A DNA stretch of 64,000 bases from Bugula neritina (taxonomy: Eukaryota; Animalia; Bryozoa), in the NCBI GenBank assembly GCA_964035545.1, contig OZ037766.1:16606722-16670721 (forward strand), read 5' to 3'. A model generated the notes under the pieces. That model ran no database searches. It had not been told where the DNA came from and saw only the letters and a program-made list of their open reading frames with translations. The stretch's first letter is position 1, and each line of letters starts with the position of its first letter. Positions 1-12,497 of the stretch are shown one piece after another. A program made the translations under genes and the position numbers.

Positions 1-545
1 AAACTTCTTATTGGCTACATTCTTTTTCACAAAATAAAGAGCAGCTCTTTTATAATAAAAATGCTATACATATTTTCTATTTTCAACACATTAGGTTAGT
101 CATACATGTGGAATTAGGAAGCATGCATACTCTTCTAATATTGAAATTTAAAAGATGCTGCACAAATACGTCATTACTGCAAAAAAACTTAAATTAAATA
201 GAGATATAAAATATAAATTTCATAGTATCACTCTACTAATGTTCTTGTTAGCGTTAGGCTACAGTAATTTGGAACGAAGGTGGATAATTTATCAACCTGC
301 AAAGGCATTGTAAATTTCAAATACGAAGTTAACACTTACATACCGGACTAGCAAGTTTGGAAGAGTTTTAAATAGCAAAAATTAAAGAAGTTTGGGTTAA
401 CTGATCAAATGTGTTTACAGGGGCCAGGTATATAAATAAGTTTATAAGTAAATAATTCAGACTCTCATATTATTATTAAAATAATACTATTTCTGGAAGA
501 TGAATTGCTTGATTTACATAGTATTATAATTATAACCATACTCAC

Positions 546-3265
546 AAAAAGTGTCTTTTTAGGCTTTGGGTAACCTTCCAATATAGCATCTACTATGTCC
601 ATTGCCTGTAGAATTACAAAAAATAGGGAACGTGGAAAACATTTTGTAAGTGCCATATTATTTCTGTTGCTAACATTTTTATTTATGAGCATAGTAAATA
701 AACATTTTATAAGCCAAAATAATTGCGTTGTGGTAACACTGTAAGCATATTCAAGACTGCAATGAATGATGACGTAGTACAAGTAAGATGATACAAGCTC
801 AATAGGTTATTTACAGCATAGTGCACGCATCAAGAAAAACTGAGAAAGTAAGCTTTGTAAATACAGGATATAGGCTCTTTGTGTTGAAAATTTGAACATA
901 CATTTGATGAATGGCAAAGTTGCAAATTATATTAGAGTTGCAAGAATCCAGCCTGTATTTGGCTAAAATTCTCTTGTTAGAACCAAAACTGTTGCTGACT
1001 TTATAATAATTCCTCACCATTCTTTTTCGTTTTCTCCAAGCTTTAACTTTCAAATCTTGAGCAGAATATACCTATAAAACGACATAACAAAATTTTTTTA
1101 TATAATTTTATATTTATTTTGTAGAAAAAAGAAATCATTAAAATACATGATTTATATGTTGGCTCACACACCTTATTCTTTACTTCCTTGGTTATCAACA
1201 CTGCACCATTTCGCAACTTGTTCAACTTTTCTGACATGTCTTGGCACTAAAAAATATGTTTGCAGTTTTTTGTGTCATATTAGAGGCTGCTAGGTCCAAA
1301 CCATATCAGCATTTTAAATTGGTTCACTATGGTAAGCATTGAAAAAAATTGCACAACTACTACTTTATTAAACTTGAGAATATTGATTTTTTTCACAATT
1401 TGGCATATCATTATTATACTGAATTCACCATAAAGCTTGGGTTGAATGTAAGTTGTTGCGTAGGGTTTGAAAAAGTAGAATCCATATCGTGTAGCAACGA
1501 TCAGGAAAAGTATAAGAGCTTAGTTTGATATAAAACCTTGTGCAGCAGAAATATTATATGTCTACACACTAGCTGGATATCTATAGATATTTTCAACTTA
1601 TACAATTTCAAATGAAATATAGCCCTTGAGAAAACAACCCTAACAGTCTTGCTATTGTTGTGTATGGATTTCCTCAAAGCTATCAATTAACTAAGCATAC
1701 TAAAATGTACCTCAACCGTTATTTTCTGTAAGTTTGCTTTTGCTTCACACAAAGTCATATTAGACAGAAGTTTTTTGTGTTTTTGTGTTAAAGAGTTAAC
1801 TTCAGTCTGCAGAGTCTCCGTAGCTTTACTCATAACTTCTATTTTTTCATCCATCGTAGCCATTTCCTGTTTATCAGCAGTTGGGACATTTTCCTAAAGA
1901 GAAAGGTACAACATACATGGTATATTGCACAACATAAACATCTCAGAATACGTCTATTAAAACTCAATAATTTGCTGGAAGTGTTAAAAAGTGGCTGAGA
2001 ATTTTTAATACTTTTAATCTGTCCTAAGCTGGTAAAAATGCCTTTAGGTTATTTATTGTAAAATGCCAAAACTGTAATTTAAACTAAAAAAAACAATAAC
2101 CCGGTTAATTTAGATGATTGGCAGAGAAGCTCTTAATGTGTTAGTATAACATTCAAATTATAAAGCTGATCAAAATGCATGTACTTTTTGTTGGAAGTTT
2201 TATTAGGCTAAGATACTACTATTACATCATGACTAAAAAAAGTTAGTTGCTGTCAATATGTCAAAAGACTAGCTTATTTCACATTAAAAACAATCTTGAA
2301 TTTTAGATTCTATAATTTTGTATAGGATTAACAAACGTGATTCCATACTCTTCAGAAAATAGCCTTACAGTTGTAGCATTGAATACAAAACTGCAGTCAG
2401 TATATGAAACGAAATTTATATATTTAATAAAAACTACAAAATTCCTTAAATTAACAATTACCTGATTATACACGTAGACTTTTTGTTTACCATAAGATTT
2501 TTCTTTCACTGATCCCTTTTCCACCAGATTATCGAGAGATTTAGTGACAAGCTGAATAGACACACATACAGATCGACAAAGTTTACTTGTCTCATTTTTG
2601 TATAAACATTCTAGAGTTTAAAAACTAGTTGACATCGATACAAAAAATGCACTATAACAGTCAATAAGATTATGATGATGAAAATATATTAAAAAAGGCG
2701 AAACTCTTACTGTTTTTCCAAACTCCTTGTGCATGTTATTTAAAATATCTACAGCACTATAAGGCCTATTTTGTGCTTCCAGATATGACAAAATTTTAGC
2801 TGGAGCTTCTCCTGAAATAAATTATATTGGGTTATTAATTGATTGGGTTATTGGGTTTTTCTACTAAGCAAAAAACACATTACTTTTATTTTCAAAACGT
2901 CAAACTTTCACCAATGTTTGCTTTAGTAACGCGAAAACTATAACAGTAAATAGTTGATGTGCATTATTTATAGAGCTTTACAAGATACAAATAGTTTCTA
3001 ATTAGTTAATATTCATACAACAAGATTTATAGTCCAGGGAAAACAATGATTAGTGAGAAACTGCACACTTGTTTTTATCAAATATTTATAAAAAGAATTT
3101 AAACCACAAAAACATAAACTTAAGGCCTTTAAAAATAACAGATATTTAACTTTTTTTAAAATTCTTCGAAAGCAAATGATATTAGAAATAATCTAATGAT
3201 ACTATCTGCATTAACTTTACCAGTTTAATCTGCACATTACCTAAATTATCTTTGCCTTTACTCAT
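546..3265 (-). CDS. PSMC3IP: Homologous-pairing protein 2 (HOP2/TBPIP); 7 coding exons in the window, final exon lies left of position 1
   Basis: Exons 3241-3265, 2711-2811, 2462-2551, 1711-1893, 1172-1246, 1018-1071 and 546-605 have GT-AG boundaries and join in frame (196 codons): MSKGKDNLGEAPAKILSYLEAQNRPYSAVDILNNMHKEFGKTLVTKSLDNLVEKGSVKEKSYGKQKVYVYNQ...KAWRKRKRMAMDIVDAILEGYPKPKKTLF. The QNRPYS, KEKxYGKQK, WRKRKRM and DAILEGYPK motifs are diagnostic of HOP2. An acceptor near 3281 implies an upstream non-coding exon. Confidence 0.95.
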
Positions 3266-5221
3266 CCTTCAAGCATTTATCTAAAAAAGTTAAATTACTA
3301 AAATAAAATAAATGTTTTTATTAAACAACACTGCTGTTGCAATTAGTATGATTATTGCTAAGTTCTATGGGTTGCTAAACAAAATGCTATGATTACATAA
3401 AGAATCCTTGACAAAGTTAACTTATGCGGTAAAATATTTATACAGTATATATCTAAGTTATCATCTATGTAATGTTTGAGAGTTGTATCCCAAGATAATT
3501 TCGCATACCAAATTTTCAGCTTATGCAGATAGCGTGTTTATTTGGCATTAGAGTCCGTGGTATCATAAACTAACTTTTTAGACTTTTTCTAAAAAAGTAT
3601 TAGTAGCTTTTTTGGCACTTGCAGAGAAAAAGGCTTAGGGTCATCCTAAAGGTTTATCTCATATTGCTTGCGAAATCTTACTAAAAAGTAATAGATCTCA
3701 GGATATTGGTTTTTGAATAGGATCTTCGGTAATTTTTCTACTTGGTTCACGGACAATATTTTAAATAATGATACCCTTAACAATATTTACTTAATCATTA
3801 CTATCATCAATATCTTATCATTATATATAATCATCAGATAAAGAAACAACCACAGTCCATAATGATAATGACAATGTAAAATTAAACAGAACAGTTATAA
3901 GTCACACTTGATGTTATGTAAAAAATAAGTATAGTTACAATTTCTAGCATCAGTAAATAGACTTAGTATTACTAATAGCAATAGTAATACTAATACTTAT
4001 ACAAATAGTTATATCAATTCACTAAGCCAAATTAACTAAAAATAAACGTAACACTAATAGTTATAGTAATACTAATAGTATATTGTAATTGCTGTGGGAT
4101 GTGTGTGTTACTATATATCCATTAGGTATATGCAGCACTTGCGTATGAAACAGGACTATATTATAGTCTGAAAAGTGTTATGACATTCTCTTTGTTATGC
4201 TCAGGCTAACATTGTGAAATGCCGCATTTCTTCGGTGATGGCGCAGGATACCGCACCAGCCGCCGCAGTCCCTACCGCCAGAACTCACCAGCCAATCAAA
4301 TGACACCTTCCCTTTATAAGGAAGGCCTTTCAGCGCCGAAGAGGCCTGGCAAGCCATACGACAGGCCTATTACCACCATCTCGCTACTCCGAAACCGTTT
4401 TGACAAACTACAAGAAGAGTGGTCTGATGAAAAGGTGATGCAGGATCCAGAGTCCGTGTGTGTGCCTTTGCAACCTCTGAGATCGTCTCAGACCGCCCAA
4501 ACTCATGGCTCAAAAAGTGTTACCTGCAGAGGTCGAGAATGCTAAGAGAACTAGAGTACAATCCTATGGTAGTAGCTTTTTCTTGCCAGGCAAAATTTCT
4601 GGCAAAGCTGCTACTTTTCTGCTGGGTTCAGGGTGTACTACAAACCTCTTAAGCCGCCGATTCTTTGACACCCTCAGCATGAGAGACTGGGCCGGCCTGG
4701 CATGTTGACGGACAGGTTGTGTATTTCCTTCTATGGCATTGTTGAGCTGGCTGGCAGAGTCCGCGATCAGGCGATCAGCGAGATGTTTATCGTCAGCCAA
4801 CTCAAGGAGGACGCTATTGCCGGAATGCCATTCTTGATACAACCGACTTTAGCAAGTCGGCAGTAGTTATGGCCAGGCGAGAGCTAGCTTGTGTCGACAA
4901 GTTTGGCCCACTGGGAGTGGGGGAGGGGTGTTCAGATAGTGCGAAGCTGCACGATACCTGGATGCTCCCGGGCCACAATTCACTGCAGGATGAATTGTAG
5001 CTCGGAGTCGTGGAGGGTGCTCACAAAAAGATCCAACTTGCAAATAGCCTAAACCGGCTAGACCTGCGGGGGGGGGGGTCAATTTTGGTGCAGTGAGTAG
5101 ACCTCTTCACAGAGTCGGTGGCATTACCGGCTGGTGCCATGGTGGGCAAGTTTCACTTAGTACTAGAAGAACATGTAGGACCGTCGTTAGGTGCAATGAC
5201 GGAGGGCCCCAGTAGACCCCC

Positions 5222-5619
5222 TGAAGCGAAATTAGCGCTAGTTTGCTCAGCTATTTTAGCTATATTAAAAACGTACAAAGATAAGCTTTCTACAGCACAG
5301 CCGGTGCTCACTAAAAGACCCCTGGCACTTGGCAATAGTTGGTGCTAGTGGACTAGTTGTAATTTTAAGAGAGCAAAATAAGTAAGTCATTTATATTAAT
5401 TATATTGTTTCTTTTTTGTGGATCACAACTGTTTTTTGTTTTCATATTGTTTATTTATGTTTATGCTGATCATGTAAGTTTGAATTGCAATTTTAGTCTT
5501 GACGATGTCAATAGAAGTCCATCAGTGTCAAATGAGACCAGCCAATGTATGTTAGAATAAAATATAATAAAGGACATCAGTGAAGAATTATTGCTCAACT
5601 CGCAGCCTAGTTCACTACA
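5222..5619 (+). repeat. BEL/Pao 5' LTR with TATA-like box (~5261), internal GT-AG intron (5382-5496) and AATAAA signals (5556, 5566)
   Basis: Direct repeat of 12105-12497. Ends TG(A/T)AG...CTACA. Donor GTAAGT at 5382, branch-like CTGAT at ~5466, acceptor TTTTAG ending 5496. Confidence 0.9.
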
Positions 5620-6535
5620 GTCAAGATTATTTGTAACCAAGGCAAGATTGTCTTATTGAGCCAAGGCAAGATAATTCCTAAAGACAAGTCAAAAATAACT
5701 AAGAAAAATAATGAAGACCTGCTGGACCAGTAGAGAATTTTGGAACTGGAATTGTCCATACATACCGATAAGTTGATGTAGGGATAAAGTAAATGAATTC
5801 CGGTGATGCACCCAAAAGAGAAGTCCCTCACAGGCCAGCTAAGTCAAAGTGTTATTCAAATTATATATTCAGTTATGATGAATACAATTGCAGCTAGGAA
5901 CATTCAAGAAGTGCATTTGATGATGTGTGTATAAATTGATTAGAGTTAATAGTTTCTACATCAAGCTGGAACATTGGCTTTAGCTTTTAGCTTTTTGTAG
6001 CAAGTTTTCAACATATGTGTTTGGTCATAACATTTTTCTATATGCAAGAAATTAGGTTTTGGTATTGTTATTTGTTATTCTGTTATAGTGCAGGCTAAGT
6101 TGTAGAAAGCTTTATCTGCAAATCTTGTTGATTTGGGTGCTTTAAAATTTAAGTCAAACCTTTGCTAGTATAGGTATCCGTGCTAGGATTTTGTCAAAGC
6201 TCTCCAGAAAGCTTTCCAGTCTCAAACATAAAACAGCATTTCCTTGTTACTTTTTCATTGTCATAATACGTTGTCTCATTTTTTTTGTTTTTGTTCTTTC
6301 ATCTATATTGTGGTATCGAGCTATAAATTGGTGATTTAGCACATGCACTTAGGTTAATTTGAAAAGAGGTTCGTCTTTTCACCTTTTGTGTGTAAATGCA
6401 AAGCCTTGTAAAATTGTTTTCTTGTTATATCCGACAATATCTATTGTGATAATTTTCTTTGTGGTGGTAGCATTTTGATAATTTTGTTAATCTCTATTGA
6501 TTCCGTATAACTTTTAGTGTTAAACACTTCAATAT

Positions 6536-9500
6536 ATGAAGATGAGTGATTTATACATGGAGGCACTCAACTGCCTGTCGGTGAAACAACTCCGGAGCAA
6601 ACTAAATCACTATGGGATGCGGGCAACTGGCAACAAAAAAGAGTTAAAGCATCGACTACTCGAAAAGTTTGAAACTCACCAAACACGGGTGGAAAAAAGT
6701 ACAAATGATAAGTCTAAGGTAGAAGTAAGTTCACAAGAGTGCACACCTTTAAATACCGAAAAATGAAAAATATTCCAACCCACGTGACCACAGCAGGGCT
6801 GCAAAAGCTAAACGAAAAGCTGAATTACAAAAACTAATCAATGAAATGAACAGCTTCAGTGACGAGGACTCGTCAGACATCAAGGAACAAACTTACTACT
6901 TGCAAAGAGCTTGTGCTTATGGGAGTCATATGATGTTCGAAAAGTTACCAGCGCCTACTCCACCTGTATTTGGTAGAAATGTACTGGAATATCACGACTG
7001 GAAAGTAGCTTTTGATGGGCTGATCGGACACCTGCCTTTACAACCAAGCCAGAAATTCTACTACCTCAAGCAATATTTGAGCGTGAGAGTACTCAACGCT
7101 GTGAGTAGTTTCTTTTTAACTAACACTGAGAAAGCATACATAAAGGCACGAAACTTACTTGATGAAAGATATAGATATCCTTATTTACTCTACAGAGAAA
7201 TACAAGCAAAGCTAAAAGATTGGCCAAGGATAGCTAGCCGTGACAATGAAATTCTGCGTGATTTCTCAGACTTTCTAACCAAATGTCTCACATTAAAACA
7301 GGAAATAAAATCGTTGAACTACTTTGACAATGTTTCTGAGATTCTAGAGTTAACTCAAAAACTACCAGAATGGGTCACCAACAAATGGAACGATAGGGCG
7401 TACGATTACAGGGACGAAAATGGGGAACACCCTGACTTTGAGTGGATCGTAAAATTTCTACGAAAAGAGTTAGATAAGGCATGTGATTCTGTGTATTCAT
7501 TAGCAGCAGTAAGACAAACTACTGAATCTAATAAAAGGAAAGATATTTATACCAAGGCAATATAAGAAAGGAAGTCTACAATGATGAACAACAATTTTGA
7601 TGAGAATACCTCAGATTCAACTAAAGATATCTGTGCATACTGCAGAACAGACGGACACAATCTCCCGGAGTGCACGAGGTTTACAAGGATTTCAATGTCT
7701 GAATGACAAAATTTCATAAAAGTTAATGGATGGTGTTTTGGATGTCTCATTGAGAAACACCACTCAAAAGAGTGCAGGAAGCGTGAAACCTGTGTTATTT
7801 GTTCAAAGAAACATCCTACGGTGTTGCATCAAGAAGATCGGCAGGAGGAACATGAAGCTAATACAAAGGCTACAAAGATGGAAACTAGTTCACTCAATAC
7901 TGAATCAAAACATGTGGGAATAGACAATTCCATATATCGATACTGGTCAATGATTGTGCCAGTGTTTTTATCTAGTGAGAGCAATCCTTCAAAGGAGGTT
8001 TTAACGTATGCTTGTTGGACATGCAGTCAGACACAACATTTGGTGTTTCTGACATAATAGACAGAATTGGAGGAAGATACCAAAACACATGACTCAAGCT
8101 AAGCACCATGACTTCGAAGGAAGAACTTGTTCACAGTTATGTTTATAGTGACTTACAGATTAGAGGTTATACAGGAAAGAAGATAGTGGATCTGCCCCCT
8201 CTCTACTCTCAAGAATACATTCCAATAACGGAATCCCACATACCTACTTATGAAAATGTTAGGCAGATTAAACATCTTAGAAACGTAGCTCCTTTTATTT
8301 CTCCTAAGCTCGATCGTGGATTTGGTCTACTCATTGGCTATGATTGCTCTCAAGCACTTCTCCCTAGACAGATTGAGAGTGGGAAAAATGGTGAACCATA
8401 TGCTATAGAGACAGATTTAGGATGGAGTGTAGTTGGAACCAGCAACACTGGCCTCCAAGATAGTACATTTCATAAAGCTGACACAAAACCCATCAAGACA
8501 GTTACAAACAGCAATGTTTGTTTTAGAATTAAATATACAACTAAGGAGGTAGTTGCTGCTCAAGATATTTCAAAGATTTTGAATTAAGACTTTAAAGACA
8601 CAAATGAGCAACCGTCATCAAATTGTGGAAAATTAGACAAGGTGTGGCAAAATGATATTAGGTTCATGAAAATCATAAGCAACAACATAAAACAAGATGA
8701 GTCTGGTTACTACACAATGCCCCTACCCCTCAAAGACAAGTTCCAACTACCAAATAACAGTTGGGTCGCAGAAAAAAAATTTAACGGCCTCTTAGAGCGA
8801 TTGGAAAGAGACGAGTATAAAGAGAGATAAAGACTTTATGCAGGGTCTGGTCAACAGAGGAGAAGCAGAGCTTGTTGAAGATGGTGATTCAACTGATTTA
8901 GTATGGTATCTACCTCACCATGGTTTTTTCATCCTAAAAAACCCGATAAAGTGCGTGTGGTATGGGACTGTAGCGCAAAATGCAATGGGTTGTCTTTGAA
9001 CAATATATTACTACAAGGACCAGATTTAAACAACACACTACTTGGTGTCCTACTACGTTTTCGGCTAGGAGAAATAGCTCTAACCTGTGATATTGAAAAA
9101 ATGTTCTTCCAGTTTAGGGTACCACCCGAACATAGAGATCTGCTACGGTTTTTATGGTTCAATGAAGATGGGAAAGTATGTAATTACAGAATGAAAGTCC
9201 ATGTGTTTGGAGCTGTCAGCTCACTCTCTTGCGCAATATATGGACTTAAGAGACTCGCAATGGACTTCAGTGCTAAATACCTCAAGCACAGGAGTTTATA
9301 CAAAACAACTTCTATGTAGATGATGTTCTATTGTCAACTGACTCAGAAGAAGCTACAAAAATAGCACAGCAGTCAATAGAGATGTGTCAAAAGGCAAACA
9401 TTTGCTTGTGTAAATTCATTAGCACTAGTAAAACTGTATTGAAACAAATACCTAATTCTGAACATGCCCACGAAACACCGACTCAAGAACTACTACCAAA

Positions 9501-11909
9501 CATTAGCTCGGCTTTGGGAGTAACATGGAATATTGACAATGATGAATTTAGTTTTTGACTTGAATTACGGGATATACGTTTGAGAAGGAGAGGAATTCTC
9601 TCAACAGTTGGTTCGATATATGATCCTTTAGGGCTAATCTCACCTGTTCTCTTGCGAGCAAAGCAAATTTTGAAAGAAATTTGTGAACTAAGCAAAGAAT
9701 GGGACGATGAGCTACCAGACGACATTAGAGAAAAATGGCATAGATGGAGAATTGACGTAATTGCACTAAATGAAGTAAATTTTCCAAGATGCACAAAACC
9801 AAGGGAATTTGGAAAAGCAATTATTCAGGAGCTGCATCATTTCACCGATGCTAGTTGGAGTGGTTACGGATGTACCTCCTATTTACGTCAAATAAATGAA
9901 GAAGGAAGAGTTTTATGCTGTCTGTTAATGGCTAAAGCACGGGTTGCACCATCAAGGATTACCACAGTACCTCGCTTAGAATTACAAGCAGCGACTGTAG
10001 CCACTCGCTTGAGTAAATTACTTCGACAAGAAAAAGTCCCTACAACACATGAGATATTTTACAGTAACTCTGAGATAGTATTAGGCTATATAGCAAATGA
10101 AGCCAAAAGGTTTCACACGTATGTTGCAAATCGAGTTCAACAAATAAAAAACCACACTGACATGTCCCAATGAAAACATGTCTCAACCAAAGATAATGCG
10201 GTGGACCTAGCCTCTCTGGGAGTAACAGTCGACGAACTAAAACAGTCAATTTGGTTTCAAGGACCAAAATTTCTTCAGTCGACAACAGTCAAATACATAT
10301 CACTCACAAGTCGTGCAGACACCAAACTTATAGGAGATCCTGAAGTAAAATCTACTTACATTCATGTTTTGCAGTCCAAAAACCCAGCAAGGACAAGGCT
10401 CGTGAAAAGACTTAAAAGGTTCTCAAAGTTGCACTCAGCAGTTCGTGCAATTGAAGCACTTAGAAAAATTAATTAGGAAATATCAACAGAATGGTAAGGT
10501 ACCAAAATTAGTTCAGTCCACTAGATTACAGCAAAGCTAGAACATAAGTCATACGGGCATTTCAACAAGAAGTTTATAACAAAGAAATAAATATCTTGTT
10601 GAGCGGTAATTCGCTACCTAAGAAAAGTCGCCTAATAAGGCTAAACCCATTTATTGACAACGATGGTATTCTTAGAGTTGGTGGGAGACTTTCAAAGGCT
10701 ATTGAACTCTCTGATGAAAAAAAGAACCTCATCATCATTCCAAGAAAAAGTCATCTCACTACATTGATAATTAGAGACTGCCACGATTTACACCATCAAG
10801 GGAGAGGGATAACAATATCTTCAATCTGTGACAAAGGATATTGGGTAGTTGGTAGTACTACTGCAGTAAAATCTTTTATTTACAGTTGTGTGGTTTGTAG
10901 AAAACTACGCCATAGGCCCCAGCAACAGAAAATGGCCGAACTTCCACAAATTAGGACCGAAGCGGCAAGCCCATTTACACATACAGGAATAGACTGCTTT
11001 AGACCGTTTCAAGTGAAGAATAGAAGAAGATATTGCAAGATTTATGGAGTGATATTTACATGTTTAGCATCAAGAGCAGTCCATATTGAAATGCTTGATG
11101 ATCTCAGCTCAGATTCATTTATTAATGCCCTACGTTCTTTGATAGCAATCCGTGGGCAGGTGTCGACGTTAATCTCAGATCAAGGCACTAATTTTAAAGG
11201 AGCTAGCACTGAACTAATTAAAGCTCTCAAAGAAATGGATGATTGTGAGCTTAAAGGTTTCATCTCTAAACATATGATTGATTTCAGGTTTAACCCACCT
11301 ACAGCTTCACGTATGGGCGGAGTCTGGGAGCGCCAAATTGGGACTGTAAGAAGCATTCTGACTACCATGTTGACCCAGCCAATACACCCACCGAACAGCA
11401 CAACTACGCGAGTATTCCTTTATGAAGCAATGACTATTGTAAACAGTCGTCCACTTTCAAACAGCACGTTAAACGACTCAACTTCGCAAAAACTACTCAC
11501 TCCGAATGATATCTCAATTATGAAGACATCCGTAATAGTACTGCTGCCCGGAAAGTTTGACGAGAAATAGCCAAAAAAGAGATGGCGCTATGTTCAGAGC
11601 CTATGTGATACTTTCTGGAAACGTTGGAAAGAGGAATGCATTTCTCAATTACAAATGCGTCAGAAGTGGCTTTCACTGAAGCGAAATTTGAAGGAAGGCG
11701 ATTTGGTACTAGTCAAGGATGAAAATGAGTACCGGGGTAATTGGCCTGTTGGACTTGTGAAAGGTGTTTTCACAGAAAATGATGGGTTAGTGAGACAAGT
11801 TAAGATTGCTACAGCTGGAGCAACAGATTCCAGAGCGAAACGAATCGGTGATTGCCCGCTACTAGAAAGATCCATACCAAAAAGTGGTTTTGTTAATAGA
11901 GAGCCCTAA
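6536..11909 (+). pseudogene. Disrupted BEL/Pao gag-pol with an N-terminal SAP-like motif
   Basis: The chain of ORF fragments from 6536 to 11909 follows the order Gag-PR-RT-RH-IN. LSVKQLRSKLNHYGMRATGNKKELKHRL fits the SAP helix-loop-helix pattern. Confidence 0.9.
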
Positions 11910-12104
11910 AGATAATTAGATTTAGTCAGATGAGTAATTGTATATAAAGGCTACTTTTTAGCGATTTGTTTGTTAGATATGTTGTTCTGTCTTTATGTGT
12001 TTTGTTTTGTTCTTTTTTTTGTGTTGTAAAAAAAATTTTTTTATATATAATTTTGAAAGCTGTTCGTCAAATGTTTGAGAAATCGAAGCGATTTCTGGGG
12101 GGTG

Positions 12105-12497
12105 TGTAGCGAAATTAGCGCTAGTTTGCTCAGCTATTTTAGCTATATTAAAAACGTACTAAGATAAGCTTTCTACAGCACAGCCAGTGCTAACTAAAAG
12201 ACCCCTGGCACTTGGCAATAGTTGGTGCTAGTGGACTAGTTGTAATTTTAAGAGAGCAAAATAAGTAAGTCATTTATATTAATTATATTGTTTTTTTTGT
12301 GGATTACAACTGTTTTTTGTTTTCATAATGTTTACTTATGTTTATGCTGATCATTTAAGTTTGAATTGCAATTTTAGTCTTGACGATGCTAATAGAAGTC
12401 AATCAGTGTCAAATGAGATCAACCAACGTATGTTAGAATAAAATATAATGAAGGACATCAGTGAAGAGGTATTGCTCAACTCACAGCCTAGTTCACT
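12105..12497 (+). repeat. BEL/Pao 3' LTR, lacking the terminal ACA
   Basis: Starts TGTAGCGAAATT and ends ...GTTCACT, then runs straight into duplicated target sequence. The same intron is at 12265-12377. Confidence 0.9.

Larger units (their letters stand above)
5222..12497 (+). mobile_element. Full-length but decayed BEL/Pao LTR retrotransposon
   Basis: LTRs at 5222-5619 and 12105-12497, about 5% diverged by eye. G-rich PPT-like tract (GGGGGG) just before the 3' LTR. Fragmented gag-pol with many stops and frameshifts: Gag, triple zinc knuckle (CAYC..H..C; CFGC..H..C; CVIC..H..LH), protease, RT ([23 protein letters not shown]), Pao-type RNase H (ELHHFTDAS, TVPRLELQAA), integrase (GIDC, SDQGTNF, GGVWERQI) and the C-terminal GDLVLVKDE..WP domain. 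Confidence 0.95.
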
